Shown here: piece by piece, positions 22,427-33,175 of the stretch
Layout: every line of letters begins with the position of its first letter
Numbering within the stretch: position 1 is the first letter of the stretch
Assembly: GCA_963845755.1 (NCBI GenBank)
Contig: CAWJTV010000004.1
Coordinates: 1 to 64,000 of the forward strand
From: an uncultured Planctomycetota bacterium
Lineage (GTDB): Bacteria; Planctomycetota; Planctomycetia; Isosphaerales; Isosphaeraceae
Reading direction: 5' to 3'
Length of the DNA stretch: 64,000 nucleotides
The notes under the pieces: generated by a model
What the model was told of the DNA's origin: nothing
Database searches by the model: none
Seen by the model: the letters and a program-made list of their open reading frames with translations, nothing else
Made by a program: the position numbers and the translations under genes

Positions 22427-24883
22427 ATGTCCTCCTCCGACACGAGCTGGCACGCAACGGCCTGGCGCAGTTTGGTGTTGTGCGTGGGGGCTTCCCCGAT
22501 CCTCGCCCTCGCGATCGTTGTCGTGGCGGCCTGCATCTGGCCGGGGGCGATCGTTCCGGGGCCGCGATCCCGGGAATCGGTGCAGCCCTCCGATCCGACA
22601 CCCGCCTCGTCGGCCTGGGTCGGCAAACGCGTCATCCGGAGGGCGGGCCGCGTTCCCATCGGCGACCGACGATCCGACCGCTGGGGCGCGGCTCCGTTGC
22701 TGATCGATCGCGTGGTGGAGGAGCGCGCGGAATCGAGGCTCCGGATCGAACCGGAGGGAGGTGGCCCGATCGGCTGGGCGAGAGTCGATGAGGTCGTCGC
22801 CATCGACCAGCCCTTCGAAACCTTCCATCAGCGAGTCCGCGACAACCCGAAGGACACCTTCGCGCTGGCCATCCGGGCCCTGGTCCTCCTCGATCGCGGG
22901 GAGTTCGACCGCGCCATCGCCGACTGCGACGCCGCCCTCAGGATCGATCCCAAACTGGCCTGGCCGTATTACCATCGCGGCATGGCGCGGTTCCACAAGC
23001 AGGAACTCGATGCGGCGCTCGCCGATTTCGACGTGGCCATCCAGCTCGATCCCGAACACGCGCGGGCCAGATGGGGGCGCGGCATCGTCCTGACCGCCAG
23101 GGAGGATCTGGACAATGCCCTCCTCGCGCTCAGCGAGGCCATCCAGCTCGATCCCGAGTTCGCCTGGGCCTACCGCGATCGGGGAGTTGTCTGGATGGCC
23201 AAGAAGGTCTTCGACGAGGCGCTCTCGGACCTGGACGAGGCCATCCGTCTTGATGACCGGTCGGCCGAGACCCATGTGTCACGCGGTCTGGCCTTGGTCG
23301 GCAAGCAGCGGTATGATCAGGCGATCGATGACTTCGACGCGGCGATCACGCTCGACCCGAAGCTCGCCCGGGCCTACTTCGACCGCGGCAATGCCTGGCT
23401 GGAGCTCAAGGAATACCCGAAGGCCCTCGACGATTACAAACAGGCGGTTCGCTTGAATCCCAACGTCGCCTTCGTCTACTCCTCGGCCGGGGTGACCTGG
23501 GCCTCCCCGAAGCCGCCCGAGGACGCGCAGGCCGACTTCGACGCGTTGCTCCGGCTCGACCCTCAGTTCGTCCTGGCTTATGACGGCCGCGGCTATGCTC
23601 GCCTCCAGACGAAGGCGTACGACGGGGCGATCCAGGATCTCGATGAAGCCATCCGGCTCGACCCACGGGATGCCTTTGCCTACTACAACCGGGGCGTGAT
23701 CCGATGGCTGAGGCTGGACGACGATCGAGCGATCGCCGATTTCGAGCAGTCCTTCCGGCTCGATGGGCACCATGCCTTTCCCCATGCGGGTCGAGCTGCC
23801 GCGACCTACGACCGGCGCGGCAAAGCCCGCCTGGAACGGGAGGACTACGACGGGGCAATCGTGGACTTCACCCATGCGATCCGCCTCGTTCCAGCGGATG
23901 CGGCCGCCTTCCTCGGTCGAGGCGCCGCCTGGGCCGAGAAGCACATCCCTGACAAGGCCCTCGCCGATCTCACCAAATCGATCCAGTTGTGGCCGAACCC
24001 CCAGGCCTACTACGATCGCGGCTCAGTCTGGCTTGAGAAAGAGGAATATGAGAATGCCTTTGAAGATTTCGGGGAGGCGATACGGCTGAAGCCTCGACGC
24101 GCCAAGTACTACCTTGTTCGTGCACGAGCGTTGTCCGGCCTTGAGCGGTACGAGGAAGCCCTCGCGGATCTCAATACGGCGATTCGTCTCGCACCGGGCG
24201 ACCCGGACTCCTATATCCAACGCGGAGACGTATTCGCGGAGCGGAAGGAGTACGACAAGGCCGGCGTCGATTACGATGCAGCCGTCAGGCTCGATCCGAA
24301 GTCGGATACGGGCTACCTCAGCCGTGCCAGGACCTGGACCTGGAATAAGGATTATGACAAGGCCCTCGCCGACATCGATGTGGCGATCCGGCTCGATCCG
24401 CGAGACGCCGACGCCCATTACCGCCGGGCGACCGCCTTGTTCTCGGCGTCTCATGATGATGTGCTGAAGAGTGTGCGCACAGCACTGGGAATCAAGGGAT
24501 GGAAGTGGAAGAGATCGATCTTCGCGGCGCTCGTGGGCTACTTCGCCGAACTGCGAGCAGGGCGATCGGCGAGTGCTAAGGACCTGCTCAACGAAGCTTT
24601 GGCCAAGGCCAACCCCTCATCGTGGAGTTACGGCATTCTTAAATACCTCCACGGCGACATCGATGAGCAGTCCCTGCTTGCCTCGGCCGACAGCGTCTCA
24701 AGAATGACCCTGGTCCACTGCTATCTGGGACTCGACCTGGTACAGCGTGGCCGTCGAGAAACGGCCATCGCTCATTTCCGGTGGATCGAGCAGCATGGCG
24801 ATCAGATCGACTTCGAATACGGCATCGCGATGGCCGAGCTGGACCGACTCCTCGGCAGGCGAACCGGCCCCCAGGGTCCCTGA
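22427..24883 (+). CDS. Multi-TPR protein with N-terminal membrane anchor
   Basis: Many AYxxRG...AIADF.EAIRLDP repeats; start codon uncertain. Confidence 0.85.
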   Translation: MSSSDTSWHATAWRSLVLCVGASPILALAIVVVAACIWPGAIVPGPRSRESVQPSDPTPASSAWVGKRVIRRAGRVPIGDRRSDRWGAAPLLIDRVVEERAESRLRIEPEGGGPIGWARVDEVVAIDQPFETFHQRVRDNPKDTFALAIRALVLLDRGEFDRAIADCDAALRIDPKLAWPYYHRGMARFHKQELDAALADFDVAIQLDPEHARARWGRGIVLTAREDLDNALLALSEAIQLDPEFAWAYRDRGVVWMAKKVFDEALSDLDEAIRLDDRSAETHVSRGLALVGKQRYDQAIDDFDAAITLDPKLARAYFDRGNAWLELKEYPKALDDYKQAVRLNPNVAFVYSSAGVTWASPKPPEDAQADFDALLRLDPQFVLAYDGRGYARLQTKAYDGAIQDLDEAIRLDPRDAFAYYNRGVIRWLRLDDDRAIADFEQSFRLDGHHAFPHAGRAAATYDRRGKARLEREDYDGAIVDFTHAIRLVPADAAAFLGRGAAWAEKHIPDKALADLTKSIQLWPNPQAYYDRGSVWLEKEEYENAFEDFGEAIRLKPRRAKYYLVRARALSGLERYEEALADLNTAIRLAPGDPDSYIQRGDVFAERKEYDKAGVDYDAAVRLDPKSDTGYLSRARTWTWNKDYDKALADIDVAIRLDPRDADAHYRRATALFSASHDDVLKSVRTALGIKGWKWKRSIFAALVGYFAELRAGRSASAKDLLNEALAKANPSSWSYGILKYLHGDIDEQSLLASADSVSRMTLVHCYLGLDLVQRGRRETAIAHFRWIEQHGDQIDFEYGIAMAELDRLLGRRTGPQGP

Positions 24884-24889
24884 CCGACC

Positions 24890-25816
24890 TCACCCTTTAT
24901 CAAACCGCGTGAGGATTCCCTCGATCCCCTCGGCGTGAATCCGCCAGGATTCGCTCGAATAGCCGCCCGAGAGCACCATGGCCATCGGGATCTTGCGTTC
25001 GCGCGCGAGCGTGGCGACCAGCAAGTCGCGTTCGGCCAGATCGTTGCGAGTCAGGCAGAGCCGGGTCAGCGGGTCGTCGACATAGGGATCGGACCCCGCG
25101 TTGTAGATCACCAGGTCGGGGCGGACCGTGTCGAGCGCGTGCGGGACGGCTTCGCGGACGATGTCCAGATACTCGACTCCGGTCAAGCCGGCCGGGACCG
25201 GGATGGGGAAATCCTCGGGCTGTTTCACCGACGGAAACAGATCCTCCTCGAACACATCGAGGATGAACGCCCAGGGCCAGGGATGGATCGTTGCGGCGGT
25301 GCCGTTTCCTTGGTGGGCATCGAGATCGATCACCAGCGTTTTGCCGACGCGCCCCTCGACGTGCAGGGTCGCCAGGGCGATGGGGATATCGGCGTAGACG
25401 CAGAACCCATCGCCCCAGGACGCGGCCGCGTGGTGATAACCGCCGCCGAGGTTGATCGCGACGCCGTGCTCGAGAGCCAGGCGAGCCGCCAGCAGGGTCC
25501 CACCGGTCGTGTAGCGCATGGGAAGCAAGACGCGCCAGTCCACGAACCGCCAGGGGAGCCGGGCGAGCAGCGGGACGCCCAGGATTCCCGCCAGGACGTT
25601 CGACTTTCGGAGCGATCGGAGGTACTCCGGCGTGTGGACGCGCTCCAGCTCCTCGCGACGGATGGGAGACGGCAGGATGAAGTCTCGGGCTTTTCTCAGA
25701 CCTCCGGCGATCAGGGCATCGTGGATCCGGCGGTATTTTCGGCCGTCGAAGGGGTGGAGGCGTTCGAGTCCGAAGACCGTGATGTTGGACTTCGGGTGAT
25801 AGATCACGGGAATCAT
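24890..25816 (-). CDS. Histone deacetylase family protein
   Basis: HPFDGRKY, GGGYHHA, GFC, DLDAHQGNG, GSDP, SGGY. Confidence 0.9.
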   Translation of the reverse strand: MIPVIYHPKSNITVFGLERLHPFDGRKYRRIHDALIAGGLRKARDFILPSPIRREELERVHTPEYLRSLRKSNVLAGILGVPLLARLPWRFVDWRVLLPMRYTTGGTLLAARLALEHGVAINLGGGYHHAAASWGDGFCVYADIPIALATLHVEGRVGKTLVIDLDAHQGNGTAATIHPWPWAFILDVFEEDLFPSVKQPEDFPIPVPAGLTGVEYLDIVREAVPHALDTVRPDLVIYNAGSDPYVDDPLTRLCLTRNDLAERDLLVATLARERKIPMAMVLSGGYSSESWRIHAEGIEGILTRFDKG

Positions 25817-25994
25817 TTCGGGAAGTTGACCGGGTAGGAGGTCGGAGGTTCGTCTCTCGGGGAGGCCGGTCTGCGACGGCCTGATCCATGATACTCGTCC
25901 CGTCTCCTCGGGAAGAGGGCGGATCCTCAGATCGCCCGACGTACCGTACAATGTATGCCGAGGATCGGTTCCCGAGACACGAGAGGCCATCGGC

Positions 25995-26732
25995 ATGATC
26001 GAGCTGAAGGGAGTGTCGAAAATCTATGGAGGACAGCAAGTGGTTCCCAAGCTGGACCTGTCGATTGCACCGGGACGGACGACGGTCTTGATCGGGCCGA
26101 GCGGGTGCGGGAAGTCCACGCTGCTCCGCCTGATGATCGGCCTGGTTCAGCCGGACACGGGCACGATCGTGATCGAGGGAAATGAGCTGACCCCCGCGAC
26201 GGCGCTGGAGGTTCGCCGAGGGCTGGGATACGTCACCCAGGACGGCGGCCTCTTCCCTCATTTGACCGCCCGGGACAACATCGTCCTGATGGCCCGATTC
26301 CTTCGATGGGACCGCCGCCGGATCGACGATCGGCTCGCGGAATTGACCGAATTGACCCGGTTCCCGGTCGAGGGACTCGACCGGTTCCCCGCCCAGATCT
26401 CGGGTGGTCAGCGGCAGCGGGCCAGCCTGATGCGTGCCCTGATGCTCGACGCGCCGATCATCTTGCTCGACGAGCCGATGGGGGCCCTCGACCCGATGGT
26501 CCGCGCCGACCTCCAGGCCGACCTCCGCGCCATCTTCCGCGCGCTGGAGAAAACGGTGGTGATGGTCACCCATGACCTCGGCGAGGCCGGCTGGTTCGGC
26601 GACGAGATTTTCCTGATCCGCGACGGCCGGATCGTCCAGCGCGGCACGATCCGCGCCCTGCTGGACGAACCGGCCGAGCCGTTCGTGTCCCAGTTCGTCC
26701 GTGCGCAACACCAGGTACATGAGAGTCCCTGA
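25995..26732 (+). CDS. ABC transporter ATPase, osmoprotectant/EgtV (OpuA-like) type
   Basis: GPSGCGKS, ISGGQRQR, LLDEPMGALDP, VTHD. Confidence 0.9.
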   Translation: MIELKGVSKIYGGQQVVPKLDLSIAPGRTTVLIGPSGCGKSTLLRLMIGLVQPDTGTIVIEGNELTPATALEVRRGLGYVTQDGGLFPHLTARDNIVLMARFLRWDRRRIDDRLAELTELTRFPVEGLDRFPAQISGGQRQRASLMRALMLDAPIILLDEPMGALDPMVRADLQADLRAIFRALEKTVVMVTHDLGEAGWFGDEIFLIRDGRIVQRGTIRALLDEPAEPFVSQFVRAQHQVHESP

Positions 26733-26739
26733 AACACGG

Positions 26740-26763
26740 GGACTGGCTCCGAGTCTTCGAGGT
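26740..26763 (+). repeat. REP-like palindromic repeat, copy 1
   Basis: ggactggctccgagtcttcgaggt identical to 59523-59546, inside a hairpin at ~26730-26782. Confidence 0.75.
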
Positions 26764-26812
26764 GCCGGTCCCCTGTGTTCAGAGACCCCGCGACCGCCAA
26801 TGGAGACAACCC

Positions 26813-28291
26813 ATGAATCCGGCCTTCCTCGTGGTGCTGGCCCTCGGACTCCTCGACGACGTGCCGGTGCGAACGGTCCGGGTCGGCTCGAAGGTCTTCA
26901 CCGAGTCGGTGATCCTGGGCGAGATCGCCAAGCAGCTCATTGAGGAGACGGGAGTGCCGGTCGTCCACCGTCGCGAGCTGGGCGGGACCCAGCTCCTGTT
27001 CCACGCGCTCGAGGCCGACGAGCTGGACGTCTATGCCGAGTACACCGGGACGATCTCCGGCGAGGTCCTGGCGGGGAAGAACATCCGCGGCGAGGAGGCG
27101 CTGCGGCAGGCGCTGGCCGGGCGCGGCATCGGCATGAGCCGGCCTCTGGGCTTCAACAACACGTATGCGATCGGCATGCGCGAAGAGGTTGCGGCCCGGC
27201 TGGGCATCCGGACGATGTCCGACCTGCGGAATCATCCCGACCTGCGATTCGGCTTCAGCAACGAGTTCATGGAGCGCGCCGACGGCTGGCCCGGTCTGCG
27301 CGATCGCTATGGGCTCCCGCAGCGCGACGTCCGGGGGCTCGATCACGACCTGGCGTATCGCGCCATCGCCAGCGGGGAACTCCAGGCCACCGACCTCTAT
27401 TCGACGGACGCCGAGATCAAGGCTTACAAACTTCGCGTGCTCGCCGACGACCTGAACTTCTTCCCATCGTATGAATGCGTGTGGCTCTACCGATCCGACT
27501 TCCCGGCGCGTTCGCCGGAGGCCTTCGCGGCGATCCGGCGGCTGGAAGGGCAGATCGGCGCCGACCTGATGGCCGGCATGAACGCCGCGGTGAAGATCGA
27601 TCGTCTCTCGGAAGACCGGGTCGCGGCCGAATTCCTGGCCACGAAATTCGGGATCGACTCCAAGGTCGTGGCCGAGAGTCGCGTCGGACGTCTGCTCCGT
27701 CGACTGAAAGAGCACCTCACGCTGGTCGGCATCTCGCTCGCCGCGGCGATCCTGGTCGCGATCCCGCTGGGAATCGCGGCGGCCCGATATCCCCGCCTGG
27801 GCACGGTCATCCTCTCCGTAGCCGGCGTGATCCAGACGATCCCGTCGCTGGCGATCCTGGTGTTCATGATCCCCTGGCTCGGGATCGGGGCGAAGCCGGC
27901 CCTGGTCGCCCTGTTCCTCTACAGCCTGCTGCCGATCGTCCGGAACACGGCCACGGGGCTGCAAGACATCCCGCCGTCGCTGCGCGAGTCGGCCGAGGCC
28001 CTGGGCCTGCCGCCATTCGCGCGGCTGATCCGGATCGAGCTGCCGATGGCCTCGCGCGCCATCCTCGCCGGCATCAAGACGGCCGCGGTCATCAACGTGG
28101 GCACCGCCACGATCGGGGCCCTGATCGGCGCCGGCGGATTCGGCCAGCCGATCCTCACCGGACTTCGCCGCGACGACCGCGCCATGATCCTGTTCGAAGG
28201 CGCGATCCCCGCGGCGGTGCTGGCGCTGGCCGTCCAGGGTGCGTTCGACCTCGCCGAGCGGTTCCTCGTGCCGAAGGGGCTGCGACTCTAA
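26813..28291 (+). CDS. Fused betaine-type substrate-binding domain + ABC permease (EgtU-like)
   Basis: VGSKVFTESVILGE, YAEYTGT, GFNNTYA, YSTDA; QTIPSLA, YSLLPIVRNT, GIKTAAVINVGTAT. Confidence 0.85.
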   Translation: MNPAFLVVLALGLLDDVPVRTVRVGSKVFTESVILGEIAKQLIEETGVPVVHRRELGGTQLLFHALEADELDVYAEYTGTISGEVLAGKNIRGEEALRQALAGRGIGMSRPLGFNNTYAIGMREEVAARLGIRTMSDLRNHPDLRFGFSNEFMERADGWPGLRDRYGLPQRDVRGLDHDLAYRAIASGELQATDLYSTDAEIKAYKLRVLADDLNFFPSYECVWLYRSDFPARSPEAFAAIRRLEGQIGADLMAGMNAAVKIDRLSEDRVAAEFLATKFGIDSKVVAESRVGRLLRRLKEHLTLVGISLAAAILVAIPLGIAAARYPRLGTVILSVAGVIQTIPSLAILVFMIPWLGIGAKPALVALFLYSLLPIVRNTATGLQDIPPSLRESAEALGLPPFARLIRIELPMASRAILAGIKTAAVINVGTATIGALIGAGGFGQPILTGLRRDDRAMILFEGAIPAAVLALAVQGAFDLAERFLVPKGLRL

Positions 28292-28473
28292 TTCGCCATC
28301 AAGTAGTGAATACAAATGGCAGGGAATGACAGCATTCAAGCCTCTAAGCGACCAATCCTGCGCGATCTTGATTCGCGCGGGGATTCATGGTAAATTCATG
28401 GTGTTTGAAGAGGCCCAGGTGGTCCTCGTACCCATCCCATCGCCTTTGTCTCCGGAGAGAGAGGCCACGACCG

Positions 28474-28751
28474 ATGCACACGGGCCTTCGCCGACGCAGC
28501 CGTGTCAAACCCAAACTCCGACGAAGGATTCCCCGGCAGCGATTCGAACCGATGGTTGCGATCGCTCCCGAAACCTTGCGGCAGCTTGCCGGCAAATGGG
28601 TGGCCTGGCGCGTTCGGATGGGACCCATTACGAGATCGTCGCATCTGGCGACGATCTCGGCGATGTGCTGGACCAGGTGTTCCGGCGCGGGCTCCGCTAC
28701 GGGGTGACGTATCAGCGGATCCCCGACCCGGTCGATCACCCAACCGGCTGA
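28474..28751 (+). CDS. Small DUF5678-like protein (frameshift near 28610)
   Basis: LAGKWVAW/..EIVASGDDLGDV motif, directly upstream of an aspartyl protease-like gene. Confidence 0.5.
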
Positions 28752-28758
28752 CCATGCG

Positions 28759-29334
28759 ATGCGATTTCGGTATACGCGATACGAGGTCACGCCCTCGCCC
28801 GTCGATCGTTCGACGGCGGTCCTCCGCCCCATGCTCCGGATTGTGATCGGCGAGATCGGCGATGAGACCAAGACGGTCGCGATCGCAGGACGGCTCGACA
28901 CGGGGTCGGATGTGTGCGTCCTGCCGTTAGCCGTCACCGAGGCAGTCCGACCTGTATGGCGATCCGGTGTGGAAGTGCTCCGGGACTACACCGGCGGGTT
29001 GCGTACGGTCCGCTATGGGGCGGTCTATCTCCGGATCCGGCTCCTCCACAGGATGGTCCGCTGGGCGGCTGTTGTCGCGTTCGACGACAGGCGCCAGGAC
29101 GAGGGTCTCTGGGGCATCGCCGGATTCCTCGAATACCTCAACGTGACCTTCGCCGGCCCGGCGCAGCATTTCACGGTTCGCCTCCGTGGTGCGACTCCGC
29201 CCGGGTTCGAGATTGAGCCCATCCCGAAGCGGCGGCGCGCCGCCCACGGAACTCGATCATCGACCCCGATGAACAAGAGACGTGACGCGAGCCTCAGGGT
29301 GCAAGGATGGAGTGCTCAATCCGGGAAGGAATGA
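28759..29334 (+). CDS. Retropepsin-like aspartyl protease domain protein
   Basis: MRFRY..RPMLRIVI..GRLDTGSDVCVLP..LWGIAGFLEYLNVTF. Confidence 0.7.
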   Translation: MRFRYTRYEVTPSPVDRSTAVLRPMLRIVIGEIGDETKTVAIAGRLDTGSDVCVLPLAVTEAVRPVWRSGVEVLRDYTGGLRTVRYGAVYLRIRLLHRMVRWAAVVAFDDRRQDEGLWGIAGFLEYLNVTFAGPAQHFTVRLRGATPPGFEIEPIPKRRRAAHGTRSSTPMNKRRDASLRVQGWSAQSGKE

Positions 29335-29402
29335 TCGTTCAGGGAGCACTCCATTACCTCGCATAGGAGAGACATGTCTACTCAACTCCATCGTAAAACG
29401 CT

Positions 29403-30377
29403 CTAATTTACGATCAAATATTGAATACAAAAATAGCGGTTGACATCGATCCATTGCCGGTCCAGCGCGAAGCCCGCTCGGGACGTCAGGCGGCCGAAGT
29501 GCTCGAGTGAATACTTGTAAGAATCCTCGGTATGGATCATCTCGCCGTCAGGGAATGAGAACGCTTCTCCGCCGACCCGGACGATCTGGTCGTCGAGGCT
29601 GACCAGGTGCATCACGACCCGTTCCCTGGCTCGATCATACTCGGCCCGATGCGCGAAGGCCCCGAGGTCGAAATCGCCGCCGAGCTCGCGGTTGATCCGT
29701 GCCAGCAGGTTGAGGTTGAACGCGGCGCTGATGCCCCGCCGGTCGTTGTACGCGGGCCAGACGATCGACTCGTCCTTGTCGAGGTCGAATCCGATCAGCA
29801 GGCCGCCCCCCTCGCCGACAAGCCGGGCGATCGAGTCGAGCAGACGCAAGGCCGCGCGCGGGCGGAAATTGCCGATCGTCGAACCCGGGAAGTAGACCAC
29901 GCGCCGGGCTCTCGGAGAACCGGTGTCGGGGATCGCGACCGGGCCGGTGAAGTCGGCGCAGACCGGGATGATCTCGAGGCCGGGGAACCGCGCGGCCAGC
30001 TCATCGGCCGACCGGAGCAGGGGGGCGGACGAGATGTCGATCGGGAGGTACGCCCGAGGCGCGCGCAGATGATCGAGCAAGAGCCGGGTCTTCAGTCCGC
30101 TCCCGCTGCCCAGCTCGATTAACTCGACATCCTCGCCGAGGGCCTCGGCCATCTCCGCGACGTGCGCATCCAGGATGCTCAGCTCGGTCCGGGTCAAGTA
30201 GTATTCATCCAGGTCGCAGATCTCGTCGAAGAGCGCGGAGCCGCGATCGTCGTAGAGATATTTGCAGGGGATGGATTTGCGGGCAGCGGTCAGGCCCCGG
30301 ATCACGTCTCTGCGGAATTGAGCAACTTCCGAGAATGCCCCGTGATGGCGGCCGATCGGTATCCGTGTTGAAGTCAT
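29403..30377 (-). CDS. egtD: L-histidine N-alpha-methyltransferase
   Basis: KSIPCKYLYDDRGSALFDEIC.LDEYYLTRTE, ELGSGSGLKT, FPGSTIGNF, AYND, IHTEDSYKY. Confidence 0.92.
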   Translation of the reverse strand: MTSTRIPIGRHHGAFSEVAQFRRDVIRGLTAARKSIPCKYLYDDRGSALFDEICDLDEYYLTRTELSILDAHVAEMAEALGEDVELIELGSGSGLKTRLLLDHLRAPRAYLPIDISSAPLLRSADELAARFPGLEIIPVCADFTGPVAIPDTGSPRARRVVYFPGSTIGNFRPRAALRLLDSIARLVGEGGGLLIGFDLDKDESIVWPAYNDRRGISAAFNLNLLARINRELGGDFDLGAFAHRAEYDRARERVVMHLVSLDDQIVRVGGEAFSFPDGEMIHTEDSYKYSLEHFGRLTSRAGFALDRQWIDVNRYFCIQYLIVN

Positions 30378-31667
30378 CAGCTCCTCGCCAGCCGAATTCC
30401 ACTGAATTGCCAGCGAGCCTCAGGAGGGAAGAAATTTCGGTAAGTCGCCCGGATGTGAGACCGGGGGGTCGCACACGATCCGCCGCGAAGGACCAGTTGA
30501 TTGCACATGAACTTCGCGTTGTATTCGCCCAGCGCGCCGGCTGCCGGTCGCATCCCCGGATAGGCCGTATAGGGACTCTGCGTCCATTCCCAGACGTCGC
30601 CGAACCACTTCGCAAGTCCCGTGCCGACGCTCGCCGCGTGAGGATGGAACCGCTCGCTTTCGAGGAAGCTCCCGTTCGGCTCCGCGGCCCGGGCTGCGAT
30701 CTCCCACTCGGCCTCGGTCGGCAGGCGGAATCCGGACCAGCGGGCATAGGCATCCGCTTCGTAGTAGCTCACGTGGCAGACCGGTTCCCATGCGCAGACG
30801 GGCCGAAACCCGCCCAGGGTCATCGTCCACCACGAGCTGTCGATGCGCTCCCAGTACATCGGGGCCTCCCATTGTTGGCCCGCGGCGTGGTTCCAGCCAT
30901 CGGACAGCCAGAGCTCCGGGCGAGTATAGCCGCCATCCTCCATGAAGGCGAGGAACTCGCCGTTGGTGACCGGACGCGACCCAATCTCGAATCCATCAAG
31001 ATAGACCCGGTGGCGCGGTCCTTCATTGTCGAAGGCAAATCCGGCCCCGTCGTGGCCGATCTCGAAGAGCCCGGCAAGAAGAGCCCGCCAACCCATCGGC
31101 GGCACCACGACGTCCACGACACGCGCGGCATCCGCGCGGTAGGCCGGATGTAACGGGTTCCGCGCCAGGGCGTGCTTGATGTCGGTGAGAATCAGCTCCT
31201 GATGCTGCTGCTCGTGGTTGAGCCCCAGCTCGATCACGGCGGTGATGGCCGATGGCAGCCCCTCATCGACGGACTCGAGGAACCGGCCGACGGCGGCGTC
31301 GACGGCCGCCCGGTAGGCGTAGACCTCATCAAGGCCCGGACGCGTGATCAGGCCCCGTTCCGGACGGGGAATCCGCCGGCCCACGGCATTATAATAAGAA
31401 TTGAATAGATAACAAAATGAAGGATGAAACACATCGTAACCGGGAAGATATGGTACCAACAGGAAGGTTTCGAAGAACCAGGAGGTGTGGGCGAGGTGCC
31501 ATTTCACCGGACTGGCGTCGGGCATCGACTGGACCTGGCAATCCTCCGGGCCCAGCGGTCGGGCCAGCCGTTCCGTCCTGCGCGCGGACCTCGCGGTATC
31601 GCCGTCCCAATAGCTCGACGGCGATCGTTTCCACCGGGGCATCGCCGTCGTGCAAGCGGACTGACAT
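30377..31667 (-). CDS. egtB: Ergothioneine sulfoxide synthase (frameshift near 31580)
   Basis: QSMPDASPVKWHLAHTSWFFE, FNSYY, HEQQHQE iron ligands, FGE-sulfatase domain, YRNFFPPEARWQFSG. Confidence 0.92.
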
Positions 31668-32095
31668 CACTGGTAGCCTTATATCTCGGGCTGAGCAAAG
31701 AGAAAAAAGACGACCCATTGTAGCAGGATCGCTGCCAACGTGCTGTCATTTTATCGGCGCGGCAAGCCCCCGCGCGGCCGACCATGTCCGCTACGACGGA
31801 CGCAAGAATGGCGAAGGAGGCCGATCGCAAGTCGCAGCACGTTTCACGCCCGGTCCAGGCGCGCGGAAAAGGGGGACGGGTCGCGCGAGACCGAGGATGC
31901 CGCCCCGTGTTGTTTTCTGGAAACATCCACGCGATTCTTGTCCGCATACGCTGCCGTTGACCATTTCCTTGAGAGCTAACTCGCCCAAACGAGGTGATCG
32001 AACCACCGAAGGTAGAGCGATCCGACCTCGTTGTTATGGCCGGTTGCGTGACCGGCCGCGAGCATGATGGTAGAGCATCGCGAGGAGATGCTACG

Positions 32096-33175
32096 ATGAT
32101 CAGACCCATGCGCAGTATCGTCGTGCTGGCTGCCCTGGCAGTCGCCATGACGGCACCACCTCCGCTTCGTGCAGGTGGCATCACAATCATCAACACGGTC
32201 GTTTCAGACGGCTACCGGTTTGTCAATTTCGATGGGCCGGGCGCCGGCACCGCTGCGGCGGCCGGCACCAACATGAACGGAATTGCCAATAACGGCACGG
32301 TTGTCGGGTTCGGGATTGACAACAATGGGAACTTGACGAACTTCACGGCAAATCCTCTGACTTCCACGAATGCCAACGTGTTGTCCAGTTTAGCGACCAA
32401 CGCGATGGCTCTGGGTGTCAATTCCGCGGGGAGCGTCGTCGGCGGCGATGGGGCGGGGAACGCATTCATCATCTCCGGCGGCGGCAGCCCGGTCTCCTTC
32501 CTGCCGGGGGCTAGCACGGCGGCCACGGCCTTCGGGATCAACGACGGCGGTGCGATCGTCGGCCAGATGACGACCGGGGCGGTGACGCCTGGCTTCGTAC
32601 TGAATGGCGACAACCTCATCACCATCAACGCCCCATCGGGACCGAACATGGTCAACGCTCAGGGGATCAACAACAACGGCTTGGTGGTGGGCTTCTACAT
32701 GGGGAACGACGGAAACGTCCACGGCTTCAACGGCAATATCAGTTCCGCCGTCGGCGGCGTCCTCACAGGCACGGCGGTGACCGACCCAACCATCCCCCCG
32801 GTTAACGGCGAGCCCGGAGCCACGTTCGTGTTCTCCCAGATGCTCGGCATCAACGACCACGGCCTCGCCGTGGGCTACTACGGCGACTCCACCCTCAGTC
32901 AGCATGGATACTTCTACAACACCGTGACCGGGAAGTATACCTTCCTGGACGATCCAAACGCCGCATTCAGCGGTGGCGTCGAGGTCACCCAGATCACGGG
33001 CATCAGCAACTCGGGCGAGATCACGGGGTTCTACTCCGACGCCAATGGGGTCTTTCACGGTTTTGTCGCGACCTCCGTGCCGGAGCCCGGTTCGCTCGCT
33101 CTGATGTGCCTTGGGGTCACGTCTCTCCTGTGCGTGGGTTACACGCGCCGGCGCCGGGTCCAGGCCGCATCGTGA
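32096..33175 (+). CDS. PEP-CTERM protein with GIN-repeat propeller
   Basis: Signal peptide; repeated A.GINN.G.VVG; VPEPGSLALMCLG...RRRR. Confidence 0.85.
   Translation: MIRPMRSIVVLAALAVAMTAPPPLRAGGITIINTVVSDGYRFVNFDGPGAGTAAAAGTNMNGIANNGTVVGFGIDNNGNLTNFTANPLTSTNANVLSSLATNAMALGVNSAGSVVGGDGAGNAFIISGGGSPVSFLPGASTAATAFGINDGGAIVGQMTTGAVTPGFVLNGDNLITINAPSGPNMVNAQGINNNGLVVGFYMGNDGNVHGFNGNISSAVGGVLTGTAVTDPTIPPVNGEPGATFVFSQMLGINDHGLAVGYYGDSTLSQHGYFYNTVTGKYTFLDDPNAAFSGGVEVTQITGISNSGEITGFYSDANGVFHGFVATSVPEPGSLALMCLGVTSLLCVGYTRRRRVQAAS

Noticed and set aside
29403..31667. Selenoneine (sen) cluster suggested by egtB plus tRNA-Sec in the same window
   Set aside because: No senB glycosyltransferase or selD/senC adjacent; tRNA-Sec is 25 kb away
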